From NCBI GenBank assembly GCA_025062375.1, contig JANXAG010000004.1, forward strand, positions 10,542 through 74,541: DNA of 64,000 nt, read 5' to 3'. The notes beneath the pieces are model-generated. The model did no database searches. It saw only the letters and a program-made list of their open reading frames with translations, and had not been told where the DNA came from. How positions within the stretch are numbered: position 1 is the stretch's first letter; each line of letters opens with the position of its first letter. The translations under genes and the position numbers were made by a program. This stretch comes from Anaerolineae bacterium (lineage in GTDB: Bacteria > Chloroflexota > Anaerolineae > SpSt-600). Below are positions 48,660-60,470 of the stretch, piece by piece.

Positions 48660-49352
48660 ATGTGGCTTTGGGACCCAATTTACTTTATATTTGCCTTACC
48701 GGCTTTGCTCTTTGCTTTATACGCTCAGTATAAAGTTCATAGCTCTTATTCCCGCTACTCACGCATCCGCAACCGTCTGGGTGTCGAGGGGGTGAGGGCT
48801 GCTGAGATCTTGCTCAGGTATAACGGTTTACAGGGGGTAAATATTGAAGGAGTACCCGGAACCTTAACGGACCATTATGACCCTCGCACCAAAACTTTGA
48901 GGTTGTCTGCCGAAGTGGCAAGGATGCCTTCAATAGCTGCCATAGGAATTGTTGCCCACGAAGTGGGCCATGCAGTTCAGGATGCTGAAAATTACCCGCC
49001 TTTAAGGCTTCGCGCTGGCCTTGTCCCAATGGTTAACCTCGGCTCCTGGCTGGGCCCAATCCTCTTTTTTGTAGGATTGCTTCTCAACGCCTTTGATCTG
49101 GCAGCTATAGGCCTGATCCTCTTCTCTCTGGGAGCAGTCTTCGCCCTGGTTACTCTCCCGGTAGAATTTAACGCTTCTAAACGCGCTATGAGGATGCTGC
49201 AGGAAACAGGCCTTGTTTCCCTTGAAGACCTCAAAGGGGTAAAAAGCGTCCTTTCGGCTGCAGCTCTGACCTATGTGGCAGCTCTTGCTCAGGCAATCTC
49301 CACCCTTTTCTATTACGCTTTCCTGCTTTTTGGCCTTAGGAGGGAGGAGTAA
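48660..49352 (+). CDS. YugP-family zinc metallopeptidase (membrane)
   Basis: Start at MWLWDP (RBS GGGGAGGTG). HEXXH (AHEVGHAVQ). Matches the YugP N-terminal pattern (…YAQYKV.S.Y.RYS). Confidence 0.75.
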   Translation: MWLWDPIYFIFALPALLFALYAQYKVHSSYSRYSRIRNRLGVEGVRAAEILLRYNGLQGVNIEGVPGTLTDHYDPRTKTLRLSAEVARMPSIAAIGIVAHEVGHAVQDAENYPPLRLRAGLVPMVNLGSWLGPILFFVGLLLNAFDLAAIGLILFSLGAVFALVTLPVEFNASKRAMRMLQETGLVSLEDLKGVKSVLSAAALTYVAALAQAISTLFYYAFLLFGLRREE

Positions 49353-49354
49353 TA

Positions 49355-50419
49355 AAGAAGAAAGGGTTACTGGATCTGGATTATAGCGAGCTGGAAAGGC
49401 TCCTTACCGGGTGGGGAGAGCCCCCTTACCGTGTTAAGCAACTCTGGGAGTGGATTTACAAACATTTAATTGATGACTTCCGGCAAATGACCAACCTCCC
49501 CAAGGAGCTGCGTCAGCGCCTTGGGGATGAGTTTTTCATTAAACCTTTAGAACCTGTTGAAACTTTAGAGTCTGCTGATGGCTCCACCCGCAAAGTCCTT
49601 TTCCGATTACCGGATGGGGAGACTATTGAAAGCGTCTTCATGCATTACCAGCAGAGAAGAACAGTGTGTGTTTCAACTCAGGTGGGATGTCCTATAGGGT
49701 GCCCATTCTGTGCCACGGGGCGAAGCGGCTTCCGGCGCAACCTCAAGCCAGGTGAAATAATAGCTCAGGTCCTGCACTTTGCCCGTGAAGTTAAGAGAGT
49801 TCAAGGAGACACCATAAAACCTGTAACAAATGTAGTGTTCATGGGCATGGGAGAACCTTTCCTTAACTATGAAGCCACTCTCCAATCGGTTAAAATCCTG
49901 AACGACCAAAAAGGCTTCAACTTGGGAGCAAGGCGCTTTACTATATCAACCGTAGGAATTGTGCCGGGAATAAGGCGCCTGGCGGAAGAAGGCCTTCAAG
50001 TTGAACTGGCGGTTTCCCTGCACGCATCCAATGATGAGATAAGGGATAAACTGGTGCCGGTGAACAAGGGTTACCCGATAAAGCGCCTGCTTGTAGCCTG
50101 TCAGGAGTATATTAAAAAAACCAACAGACGCATTACTTTCGAATATGTGCTCATAAACGGTATTAATGATAGCATCGCTCATGCCCGTGAGCTAGCAGCT
50201 ATTCTCGGGGATATGCTTTGCCATATAAACCTCATCCCTATGAACCCTGTCCCAGGCGTGTCAATGGGACCACCTCCGAGGCATCGGGTGCTGGCCTTTG
50301 AAGAGGAGCTCAAACGCCACGGCCTGTCAGTAACCTTGAGGACAAGTAAAGGAACTGATATCCAGGCCGGATGCGGTCAACTAAGACTGAGAACTTTAAG
50401 CGATGTCCAAGGCAATTAA
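49355..50419 (+). CDS. rlmN: 23S rRNA/tRNA m2A methyltransferase RlmN (radical SAM); start codon uncertain
   Basis: CxxxCxxC (CPIGCPFCATG), MGMGEP and GCGQL motifs. The conserved N-terminus (GLLDLDYSELERLL…YRVKQLWEWIY) lies in frame upstream of the first ATG (49487), with no ATG/GTG/TTG after the TAG at 49337-49339. Confidence 0.8.
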   Translation, partial: KKKGLLDLDYSELERLLTGWGEPPYRVKQLWEWIYKHLIDDFRQMTNLPKELRQRLGDEFFIKPLEPVETLESADGSTRKVLFRLPDGETIESVFMHYQQRRTVCVSTQVGCPIGCPFCATGRSGFRRNLKPGEIIAQVLHFAREVKRVQGDTIKPVTNVVFMGMGEPFLNYEATLQSVKILNDQKGFNLGARRFTISTVGIVPGIRRLAEEGLQVELAVSLHASNDEIRDKLVPVNKGYPIKRLLVACQEYIKKTNRRITFEYVLINGINDSIAHARELAAILGDMLCHINLIPMNPVPGVSMGPPPRHRVLAFEEELKRHGLSVTLRTSKGTDIQAGCGQLRLRTLSDVQGN

Positions 50420-51083
50420 AATTGCTCCATCCATACTTTCGGCAGACTTCACCCGTCTTGGGGAGCAGGTAAAAGAAGCAGAAGCGGCAGGAGCCGATTA
50501 CATCCACGTAGACGTAATGGATGGCCATTTTGTCCCCAACATAACTGTTGGCCCTTTGGTAGTCAAAGCATTGAGGCGCATCACCCCTCTGCCTCTGGAC
50601 GTCCACCTTATGATAGAAAAGCCAGAACGATTTGTAGAAGAATTTTCCAGAGCTGGTGCAGATATAATCACGGTGCACTGGGAAGCTTGCCCTCACATTT
50701 ACAGGGTTTTGTGGAAAATACGAGAACTGGGTAAAAGGGCAGGGGTATCTATAAGCCCGGCTACTCCGGTTTGGGTGCTGGAAGAAATCCTTGAAGAAAC
50801 AGATCTCATCCTGGTTATGACGGTAAGCCCTGGCTTTGGAGGGCAGAAATTAATCCCAAACGCACTGGCTAAGGTGGAGAAACTCAAAGATATGCTCAAA
50901 CAGAAAAACGTAGCCCCCGAAATAGAAGTAGATGGGGGCATAAACGAAGAAACAGCCCCCTTAGCTGTGCGAGCGGGAGCACAGGTGCTCGTAGCAGGAG
51001 CTGCTATCTTTGAATCGCCCTTCGGAGTAAGAGAAGCAATCCGGCGGATCAGAGCCGCGGCTTTGGCGGCTATTGAATCTTAG
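50403..51083 (+). CDS. rpe: ribulose-phosphate 3-epimerase
   Basis: [30 protein letters not shown] motifs. 17-nt overlap with rlmN. Confidence 0.9.
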   Translation: MSKAIKIAPSILSADFTRLGEQVKEAEAAGADYIHVDVMDGHFVPNITVGPLVVKALRRITPLPLDVHLMIEKPERFVEEFSRAGADIITVHWEACPHIYRVLWKIRELGKRAGVSISPATPVWVLEEILEETDLILVMTVSPGFGGQKLIPNALAKVEKLKDMLKQKNVAPEIEVDGGINEETAPLAVRAGAQVLVAGAAIFESPFGVREAIRRIRAAALAAIES

Positions 51084-51259
51084 GTTTTGCTCAAAGCTTT
51101 GAGACATTTAGTGCAAATATAAACACGCCTCTTACGGCCCCCTTCGTGAATGATTTTGCGCTGAACATTAGGGAGCCATTTCCTCTTAGTAGCGTGTTTG
51201 GAATGGCTAACATTGTGCCCAAATTGAACGCCCTTACCGCACACCTCACACACTGCCAC
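51080..51259 (-). CDS. rpmB: 50S ribosomal protein L28
   Basis: Not in the ORF track (59 aa). GTG start 8 nt after AAGGAGGG. Translation [35 protein letters not shown]…[10 protein letters not shown] matches the L28 signature. 4-nt convergent overlap with rpe. Confidence 0.8.
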   Translation of the reverse strand: MAVCEVCGKGVQFGHNVSHSKHATKRKWLPNVQRKIIHEGGRKRRVYICTKCLKALSKT

Positions 51260-51473
51260 TTCTACAGCCCTCCTTTAAAAATTTGAAGCTATGATAGCAC
51301 AAAAGGCAAAAGGGAGCAAGTTGCCGGAGTTTTAGTGCTGAGAGGCCTCTTACATTGCCTGCGGAAACTCTCAGGGAGCCAGATGCGTCAAAAGAGCTTC
51401 CTCTAAAGCCAAAAGTTTTCAGACATGCTGCCTGCACTCAAGGCCAGAATTACTTTTGGGGAGAACGCGCACT

Positions 51474-52157
51474 TTATGGCAAAACCCCAAGTTCCTTTAG
51501 GGCTTCCAGGACAGGGGGCGGACTCCACAACCACTCTATCTTCAACCAGAATCCTTCTACAACTTTGCTTTCGTATTTCCCTTCGCTCCCCTCCATCCTC
51601 AGCTGGAACCTCCCGGAGGCAGATAGCTCCCAGAATTCGGCCTTTTTCTTTTCCGGGTCAATAAGCCAGTACTCCTTTACCCCTCCCTCCTGATATTCCC
51701 AGAATTTCTCACCACGATCTCTCCTTTCGCTTTCCGGAGAAACCACTTCCACCACCAGGTCTGCCGGGCCGTCAAGGTAAGCATCCTTGAGCCTGCTCAG
51801 GTTTTCTCTCGCTACAAACAAAAGGTCAGGCTCCCTGCCTGAACTCGCCAGTTTCATCTGAAAAGGTGGAAGCAGAACCACTCCTAAACCGTGAAATTCC
51901 GCATAGAGGCCGAGGAGAGCCCCCAGAAAACGAACCACATTCTGGTGCAAAAGGGAGGCAGGCGTATAAATTACAACCTTTCCATCCACCCACTCAGCCA
52001 GAGTGTCCTCATCGGCCCAATCCAGAAATTCCTCATAGGTCATCTTTCTCCTTTCAGGGGGAAAAACCAGAAGTTCCATAATCGCTCGCTTGAGCTCATC
52101 GGTGAGGATCCCAGGCTCTTTCAGCCTCTTCAAGATTTCTTCTCTGCGTCTGTCCAT
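51474..52157 (-). CDS. Uma2 family (DUF820) putative endonuclease, copy 2
   Basis: Start at MDRRREEIL by alignment with copy 1. About 85% aa identity to copy 1 (…EPDLLFVARENL…EVVSPESERRDRGEKFWEYQEGGVKEYWLIDPE…). Confidence 0.8.
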   Translation of the reverse strand: MDRRREEILKRLKEPGILTDELKRAIMELLVFPPERRKMTYEEFLDWADEDTLAEWVDGKVVIYTPASLLHQNVVRFLGALLGLYAEFHGLGVVLLPPFQMKLASSGREPDLLFVARENLSRLKDAYLDGPADLVVEVVSPESERRDRGEKFWEYQEGGVKEYWLIDPEKKKAEFWELSASGRFQLRMEGSEGKYESKVVEGFWLKIEWLWSPPPVLEALKELGVLP

Positions 52158-52167
52158 AAGCCCTCTT

Positions 52168-53238
52168 CTAAAAAAGGTCCCATTCCATTTCTTCGAGAGG
52201 GGCCGCAATGTCAAAGAAGGTGATCACGAGCATGAGGATCAGAAGGATGGCCACACCTATCATGTGAATCCAGCTTTCCCTTCTCGGGTCAATTCTATGT
52301 CCTTTTATAGCTTCAAAGGCCACGAAAAGCAACCTTCCTCCATCCAAACCCGGAATGGGCAAGAGGTTGCTCACGGCCAGGGCCACATTCAGAAGGGCAG
52401 ATACGAATAAGAAGGGGAACCACCACCCCATAAGGGAGCTTTGTTCAGCCACATCGGTCATTACCTGGAGAGCCCCCACTGGCCCCACTGGCCTTAAGGC
52501 GGCAAGGGGAAGTAAGCCGGAAATCACCTGGATCGGAATGGTGATTATAAGGACTACGGCCCTGAGGATGCTAAACGCCGAAAGGAAGAGAGCTTCAAAA
52601 GGTGAGGCTTGCTTTTTAACGTAAGCCATGCCTATTTTGACCCCCATCGGTCCCTCCCCGGCGGGGGGAGAAGGCCTTGGGACCAGCCGGACGGTGAACA
52701 GTTCTTCGCCTCTTTTGATTTGAAGGGTAATTTCCTGCCCCAGATGTTTGTCAGTGTAGTTTGAAAGCTCTTCAGGCGTGCGGAAGTTGACCCCATTAGC
52801 AGAGAGGATGATATCTCCTGGTTTGATTCCAGCGGCCTCAGCTGGAGAGCCAGGGGCTACTCCGAAAACTTTAACCTGATATAGAGGGGATGGATAGCCG
52901 CTCATGAAGGCCCCAGTAAAAAGGGTAAAAGCCAAAAGCAGGTTCATCCCTGCACCAGCCAGGAGGACTTTAGCTCTAACTCCTTTGGGCTTGGAGGCAA
53001 GGCCTCCCTCTATTGAAGGGTCATCTTCGCCCACTACCTTTACAAAGCCTCCGAAGGGGATGGCATTGAGAGAGAATACAGTCTCTTCCCATCGGGCCAG
53101 TGGTATTAACCTGGGGGGAAAACCTATCCCAAACTCCTCGACTCTTACCCCGTTCCTCTTGGCCAGGATAAAGTGACCCAGCTCGTGGGCAATTATGGAC
53201 AAACTGAGAAATAGAAGGGCCAATATAAGCCAGTTCAT
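52168..53238 (-). CDS. rseP: RIP metalloprotease RseP (site-2 protease, M50) with PDZ domain
   Basis: HEXXH in TM1 ([10 protein letters not shown]), PDZ ([14 protein letters not shown]), LDG motif (PIPGLDGG). Confidence 0.85.
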   Translation of the reverse strand: MNWLILALLFLSLSIIAHELGHFILAKRNGVRVEEFGIGFPPRLIPLARWEETVFSLNAIPFGGFVKVVGEDDPSIEGGLASKPKGVRAKVLLAGAGMNLLLAFTLFTGAFMSGYPSPLYQVKVFGVAPGSPAEAAGIKPGDIILSANGVNFRTPEELSNYTDKHLGQEITLQIKRGEELFTVRLVPRPSPPAGEGPMGVKIGMAYVKKQASPFEALFLSAFSILRAVVLIITIPIQVISGLLPLAALRPVGPVGALQVMTDVAEQSSLMGWWFPFLFVSALLNVALAVSNLLPIPGLDGGRLLFVAFEAIKGHRIDPRRESWIHMIGVAILLILMLVITFFDIAAPLEEMEWDLF

Positions 53239-53972
53239 TTCACCACCCTCTTATTTAGATTGCGATAGCGCCACTTTATCTCCCAAACTCTGAAGGCAGC
53301 TTCTACCTTTACTGGAAAATTCAATTTGGATTTCCCTATGCGTCTGTCTTCAAAATAGATGGGTATCTCCAGCACCCTGAACCCCAGCTTTTCGCACAGG
53401 TAGATCATTTCCACCTGAAAAACATAACCGTTAGAACGAACCCTGGAAAAGTCAATGGCCTCTAAAACCTCACGGCGGAAACACCGGAAGCCGGAGGTGG
53501 CATCTTTGACTTTGAGCTTGAGGATCAGAGGGATGTAGACGGCATTAGCCCACCAACTTAGAAGAACCCGATTTAGACCCCAACGCTCATCCACCCTCCC
53601 TCCAGGTATATATCGGGAGCCTATCACCACATCGTACTCCTGGATTTTTTCCAGCATGATAGGGATGTAGGAAGGGGAGTGGGAGAAGTCTGCATCCATC
53701 TGAATTACATAGCGAGCTCCCTTATCCAGAGCGTAGCGGAAGCCTGTTATATAAGCTGTGCCCAGGCCCAATTTGGCTGGCCTTTGGATTACATGAACTA
53801 TGTCAGGGTGCCTTGCAGCTATTTCCCGGGCAATCTCACCAGTCCCATCGGGAGAATTGTCGTCCACAATCAGGATGCTGAGGTTCGGGATAGCAAGAGC
53901 GAAAAGTTCCCCGACAAGTTTGGGGACGTTTTCGGCTTCGTTATAGGTGGGAATCACTACCATCGTTTCCAA
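53235..53972 (-). CDS. polyprenol-phosphate mannose synthase-like GT2 glycosyltransferase (Dpm1/Ppm1-like)
   Basis: VVIPTYNE…[18 protein letters not shown] motifs of GT2 dolichol-P-sugar synthases. Confidence 0.8.
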   Translation of the reverse strand: METMVVIPTYNEAENVPKLVGELFALAIPNLSILIVDDNSPDGTGEIAREIAARHPDIVHVIQRPAKLGLGTAYITGFRYALDKGARYVIQMDADFSHSPSYIPIMLEKIQEYDVVIGSRYIPGGRVDERWGLNRVLLSWWANAVYIPLILKLKVKDATSGFRCFRREVLEAIDFSRVRSNGYVFQVEMIYLCEKLGFRVLEIPIYFEDRRIGKSKLNFPVKVEAAFRVWEIKWRYRNLNKRVVK

Positions 53973-53975
53973 AGT

Positions 53976-55391
53976 CTACCTCCAGGCCATTTTAATGGCT
54001 TCTTTGGCCGCTTTGTAGACGCTGTGGTAAAGTTTATGGCGGTCTAAAGCTTGTGGATTTATAGTGACAAGGGCGATGATGAGCTCATTATCCATAGCCT
54101 CTTGAGGGATTATCCCCTCGCTCAGGGAATCAGCTACGGCTCTGGCGATAGCTGCCTGAGTGGGGCCGTAAACCATGTTAGCCTGACGAAGGTTACGCAG
54201 CTCCACCGTGGGCACTATGAGGGTGGGTGGGCGAACGGTAAGGTTGGGTTCCAGGATAGCAGTGAGAGCTTCCCTGTAGGGCAGCGGGTAAGTAAGCTGG
54301 TAAGCGTAAGCTTCCCCCAGGACGCCATTGTGGTTTCCAGCTATGAGTTCAACCCTGGCCTTATCCAGCTTTTCCCCTGCTTCCCCGACTCCAAGCCGCA
54401 ATCCTTCCCTTTCTATGTCTTCAGGGCTGATGCCGATTTCCCGGAAACGTTCCTTCAGAGGGGATGGGCTACTGTGGGAGAATACTTCTTCCGGCATTAT
54501 CTTGCCCAATTTTTCCAGCTCCAGACGAATTTCGGCCCTGTCTTCATGGACTAGAGCCCCTCCCACTCCCTTCAGAGGCTGGCGGGGGTTCCCCACGTCA
54601 AACCCCATCATGTTCAGGGCAGCTTTTACTGCCACTGCCCCCCCGTAACGGGTGAAGATGCGGCTTAACTTTTGTACCTGAAACTGAAGTTCTCGGGCTT
54701 TATTCAGGTCCCCTTCCTGAACTGCTTTGTAAATTTCCCTCCAGATTTCCGGGTAAACATTTGCTGAGGCCAGGATCATACCAGATGCCCCTGCTGCCAG
54801 TGCTCCCACGACTATCTCGTCGTGTCCCACTAAAACTTGAAGGCGGTCTCCACAGTACTCCAGGATTTCCATCATGTAGGCGAGGTTGCCCGATGAATCT
54901 TTCAGCCCTACTATGTTGGGAATATCTGCCAAGTCCTCTATTACTCGGCGAGGAAGGTAAGTATCGGTAGTCTGGGGGATGTTGTAGAGGACTATCGGGA
55001 TGTCCACAGCTCTGGCGATTTCGTAAAAGTGCTTGAATATTCCCTTTTCGGATGGGCGAATGAAATAAGGGGTGACCACAAGGCAAGCGTTAGCGCCAGC
55101 CTTCTGGGCTTCGCGCGCCAGTAAAATGGCCTCCCGAGTTGAGGCGGCGCCTGTCCCAGCAATGACTGGCTTTTGACCTTTTACTTCGTCCACCACGATT
55201 TCCAGAACCCTTCTCCTTTCCTCGTGGGTCATGTAAACAAATTCGCCCGTTGTCCCCACCGGGACGAAGCCATCCACGTTGGGCATCAGATACCGCACCA
55301 GTTTTCGGAGAGCCTCTTCGTTGATTTTTCCTTCTTTATCAAAAGGCGTGACCAAAGCTGGGAAAACTCCTCTAAGAGAAAGCTTTACCAT
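53976..55391 (-). CDS. DapA/DHDPS-family aldolase fused to an uncharacterised ~180-aa C-terminal domain
   Basis: Start at MVKLSLRGVFPALVTPF (RBS GGGAAGGGGG; TATAAT element just upstream). DHDPS motifs (GTTGE, catalytic Lys region IVGLKDSSG). C-terminal 180 aa (…IAGNHNGVLGEAYAYQLTY…ELIIALVTINPQA…) has no DHDPS counterpart. Confidence 0.7.
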   Translation of the reverse strand: MVKLSLRGVFPALVTPFDKEGKINEEALRKLVRYLMPNVDGFVPVGTTGEFVYMTHEERRRVLEIVVDEVKGQKPVIAGTGAASTREAILLAREAQKAGANACLVVTPYFIRPSEKGIFKHFYEIARAVDIPIVLYNIPQTTDTYLPRRVIEDLADIPNIVGLKDSSGNLAYMMEILEYCGDRLQVLVGHDEIVVGALAAGASGMILASANVYPEIWREIYKAVQEGDLNKARELQFQVQKLSRIFTRYGGAVAVKAALNMMGFDVGNPRQPLKGVGGALVHEDRAEIRLELEKLGKIMPEEVFSHSSPSPLKERFREIGISPEDIEREGLRLGVGEAGEKLDKARVELIAGNHNGVLGEAYAYQLTYPLPYREALTAILEPNLTVRPPTLIVPTVELRNLRQANMVYGPTQAAIARAVADSLSEGIIPQEAMDNELIIALVTINPQALDRHKLYHSVYKAAKEAIKMAWR

Positions 55392-55512
55392 TTTTAACCC
55401 CCTTCCCGAAAGGGAGAGATGTTTTGGGAGATTATAAAGCAAAAAGGGGAGGAAAGCAAAAAACTCCCCACCCTTTTTGCACCAAGGGTGGGGAGAAGGG
55501 CCAGCAAGGGGT

Positions 55513-57958
<2,446 letters not shown>

Positions 57959-57970
57959 CTTCCACCTCCT

Positions 57971-58990
57971 TCAGAAGAGTGTATTGACCATCTCGCTCAT
58001 GAGATTAGCCACATAGCTTACGACAGAGATAGCTCTTTCATAAGCCATCCTCATGGGGCCCAGGACACCCAGCACCCCAGAGGCCTTCTCCCTGATTCCA
58101 TACCGGGCCAGGACCATGCTGCAATCTTTCAATTCTTCCCACCTACCTTCTCCACCGATGATGATTTGGACCCCATTTGCCAATCGGATTTCATCCATAA
58201 TGGACCGAAGGCAGGATTCATCTTTGAAGAAACGGACCAGTTTCAGGAACTTGACGGGTGAAGAGAATTCCGGTTCTCGGGTGATTTCTTCAATGCCTTC
58301 ACAGTATATTGGCTCCTCAATTCTCTGGTCCAGTGCGTTCATAATTTCAGCGACTTTGAGGGCTATTTTGGAGGCAAAGGGCTCTAACCTTGAAGCAATT
58401 CCTTCAATTTCTGGAGCCGAAAGTCCATAGAGAAACTCCTCCAGGATTTCGGTGGTGCGGATCAATTCCGGTTCTCCTATATAGTAGGGCACAGGAAACC
58501 AGGCCTGCTTTATAACTCCTCCGCTCAGAACCAGGACCAGGAGAACGGCATTTTCACGATAGGGGATTAAATCAATGTGTTTGAGGCGGTATCTTGGGGG
58601 AGCAGGGGCAGTGACGACAGCAGGGTAATTGGTGAACCTGGCCAGAACCGAAGCGGCCAGGCGGCCCCATTGTTCTACATCCATGTGCACTTGGTAGAAC
58701 TGATGCTGAATGGTAAGCTTTTCAGAGGGAGATAGTGGATATGTTTCCAGAAGTTTTTCCACAAAACAGCGGTAGCCCTTCTCGGTTGGCACTCTTCCAG
58801 CAGAGGTATGAGGATGCGTCAGGTACCCTTCGGCCTCCAGAAGAGCCATTTCGTTCCGCACAGTGGCCGGGCTTATGTTGAGCTTGTATTTTTGGACAAG
58901 GGTCTGAGAACCAACCGGCTGGGCTGTGCTTATATATTCTCTCACCACTAGGGAGAGTATCAGCTCTGCTCTCTTGCTCAGCTTCCTCAT
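57971..58990 (-). CDS. hrcA: heat-inducible transcription repressor HrcA
   Basis: N-terminal wHTH (RAELILSLVVREYISTAQPVGSQTL…ISPATVRNEMALLE). Confidence 0.9.
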   Translation of the reverse strand: MRKLSKRAELILSLVVREYISTAQPVGSQTLVQKYKLNISPATVRNEMALLEAEGYLTHPHTSAGRVPTEKGYRCFVEKLLETYPLSPSEKLTIQHQFYQVHMDVEQWGRLAASVLARFTNYPAVVTAPAPPRYRLKHIDLIPYRENAVLLVLVLSGGVIKQAWFPVPYYIGEPELIRTTEILEEFLYGLSAPEIEGIASRLEPFASKIALKVAEIMNALDQRIEEPIYCEGIEEITREPEFSSPVKFLKLVRFFKDESCLRSIMDEIRLANGVQIIIGGEGRWEELKDCSMVLARYGIREKASGVLGVLGPMRMAYERAISVVSYVANLMSEMVNTLF

Positions 58991-58996
58991 GATTTT

Positions 58997-59023
58997 TTAG
59001 CACTCCTAAGCAAAGAGTGCTAA
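58997..59023 (-). promoter_or_regulatory. CIRCE operator (HrcA binding site)
   Basis: TTAGCACTC-N9-GAGTGCTAA perfect inverted repeat, 7 bp upstream of the hrcA start codon. Confidence 0.9.
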
Positions 59024-59037
59024 GCTTTTCATTAAAG

Positions 59038-59066
59038 ATAGTAACACCTCCAGAGCGATTTGTCAA
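59038..59066 (-). promoter_or_regulatory. sigma-70 promoter of hrcA-grpE-dnaK (TTGACA-17-TACTAT)
   Basis: Reverse complement reads TTGACA(59066-59061)-17-TACTAT(59043-59038). CIRCE lies immediately downstream. Confidence 0.7.
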
Positions 59067-59220
59067 GCTTGCTGGGCGGTATCCTGCTCCAGGCGATAGA
59101 TAAGGCTTTGGTAGCGATGCGGCTTCCAGGATCTTACATGAGAGAAAGCCCCTGGTTTTGCCAAAGGGAAGCAGAAGCGGTATCATTCAAACTTGAAATC
59201 AAAGGTAAGGGAGGAGAAAA

Positions 59221-59739
59221 ATGGACTTCTGGGAAGTAATAGAAAAACGACACAGTGTCAGGGATTTTCTCCCCGAGGATATCCCCGAAGAGGATGTAAA
59301 GAAAATCCTGCTGGCAGCTATAAAAGCTCCCTCGGCTGGGAACAGGCAACCATGGCATTTTTACGTGGTCAGGGACCCGCAGATAAAGAGAGGGCTCGCC
59401 CGAGCAGCTCTGAATCAGGATTTTGTGGCTAAGGCCCCAGTGGTAATAGTAGTGTGCGCTGAACCTGCCCGCTCAGCCGCGAGGTACGGTAGCCGGGGCT
59501 CAGAGCTTTACTGCCTCCAGGATACAGCTGCAGCCACAGAGCACATCCTTCTGGCTGCTACAGCCCTTGGTTATGGGAGCTGCTGGGTTGGGGCTTTCAA
59601 TGAAGCAGAAGCCGCCGCCATCCTCAATCTCCCCAGAGGTTTACGCCCCGTGGCCATAATACCCATAGGGAAACCGGGCCGTGAGCCTTCCCTCCGCACT
59701 CCCAGGCGCCCTCTGGAGGAGGTCTGCACTTTCCTGTAA
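59221..59739 (+). CDS. nitroreductase family oxidoreductase (FMN)
   Basis: RHSVRDF…P.E.L..AA..APS.GN.QPW.F motif block. RBS AGGGAGGAG. Confidence 0.85.
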   Translation: MDFWEVIEKRHSVRDFLPEDIPEEDVKKILLAAIKAPSAGNRQPWHFYVVRDPQIKRGLARAALNQDFVAKAPVVIVVCAEPARSAARYGSRGSELYCLQDTAAATEHILLAATALGYGSCWVGAFNEAEAAAILNLPRGLRPVAIIPIGKPGREPSLRTPRRPLEEVCTFL

Positions 59740-59812
59740 TCTTACCCTGTCTATGAAACCCCAGAAGGCTGTAGCTCGGAGCCGGGAAATTTTCCCACGC
59801 CTTTCTTAATGT

Positions 59813-59841
59813 TTGACAGTTTTCTCTCTTCGGGATATAAT
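59813..59841 (+). promoter_or_regulatory. consensus sigma-70 promoter TTGACA-17-TATAAT upstream of rpsU
   Basis: Exact consensus hexamers at 59813-59818 and 59836-59841. Confidence 0.7.
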
Positions 59842-59889
59842 ATTCCTCGGTAAAGCCCTAAACCCTAAGAAAGGGGGTGCTTATTCAGA

Positions 59890-60093
59890 ATGTCCGTTGT
59901 CCTTAGGCCAGGAGAAACTCAGGAAAGTCTTCTCAAGAGATTCCGGAAAGAAGTAGCGGAAGAAGGGATTCTCAGCATTGTCCGGAAAAAGAGGTGGTAT
60001 ATTTCCAAGAGCGAGATGAAGCGCATAAAGCTCCGCAAAGCCATCCGTAAAGCTCGTCGCCGCATGCTGCGGCAACTTAAACGGGAAGAGTAA
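59890..60093 (+). CDS. rpsU: 30S ribosomal protein S21
   Basis: MSVVLRPGE…LKRFRKEV…KRWYISKSE…RRR; basic 67-aa protein with the S21 signature. Confidence 0.9.
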   Translation: MSVVLRPGETQESLLKRFRKEVAEEGILSIVRKKRWYISKSEMKRIKLRKAIRKARRRMLRQLKREE

Positions 60094-60131
60094 TCCCCGA
60101 AAGTTAAAGCGAGGGGAGGTTTTTCCACAAT

Positions 60132-60464
60132 ATGTCTGTTGATATTGAAAAAGTTCGCCAGCTTCTGGAAAAAGAACTGGAAGAAGCGGTTAAAGAGCTG
60201 GAGGAACTGGAAAAGAAGCTGGAAATAAAGGGTGATTACGGCCTGGGTATTGGGGATCCCAACATAATCCAGTGGGAGCTCAACCTTGCTCTGAGGGATA
60301 GGGCCGCGCAGAAGGTAAAAGAAGTGAAAAGGGCCCTGGATAAGCTTGCCAAAGGCTGTTACGGGATCTGTGAGGTGTGTGGGAAACCCATAGAAGAGGC
60401 CAGGCTTGAGCTTTTGCCTTATACTACGCTGTGCAGTAGATGCGCAGCACATCACCGGAGATAG
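60132..60464 (+). CDS. DksA/TraR-family C4 zinc-finger protein (YteA/YocK-like)
   Basis: Coiled-coil N-terminus plus C-terminal CxxC-N17-CxxC (CEVCGKPI…CSRC). Confidence 0.7.
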   Translation: MSVDIEKVRQLLEKELEEAVKELEELEKKLEIKGDYGLGIGDPNIIQWELNLALRDRAAQKVKEVKRALDKLAKGCYGICEVCGKPIEEARLELLPYTTLCSRCAAHHRR

Positions 60465-60470
60465 GAATGG

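Noticed and set aside
39482-52157. Uma2 pair as terminal copies of a composite transposon / IS element
   Set aside because: The copies are diverged (~80% nt), there are no transposase or terminal inverted-repeat signatures, and the cargo is housekeeping (rlmN, rpe, rpmB). Kept only as a possible recombination substrate.
53976-55442. Longer track start (MLYNLPKH…) for the DapA-like gene
   Set aside because: A TATAAT element and strong RBS precede the internal ATG at 55391, which yields the canonical DapA N-terminus MVKLSLRGVFPALVTPF.
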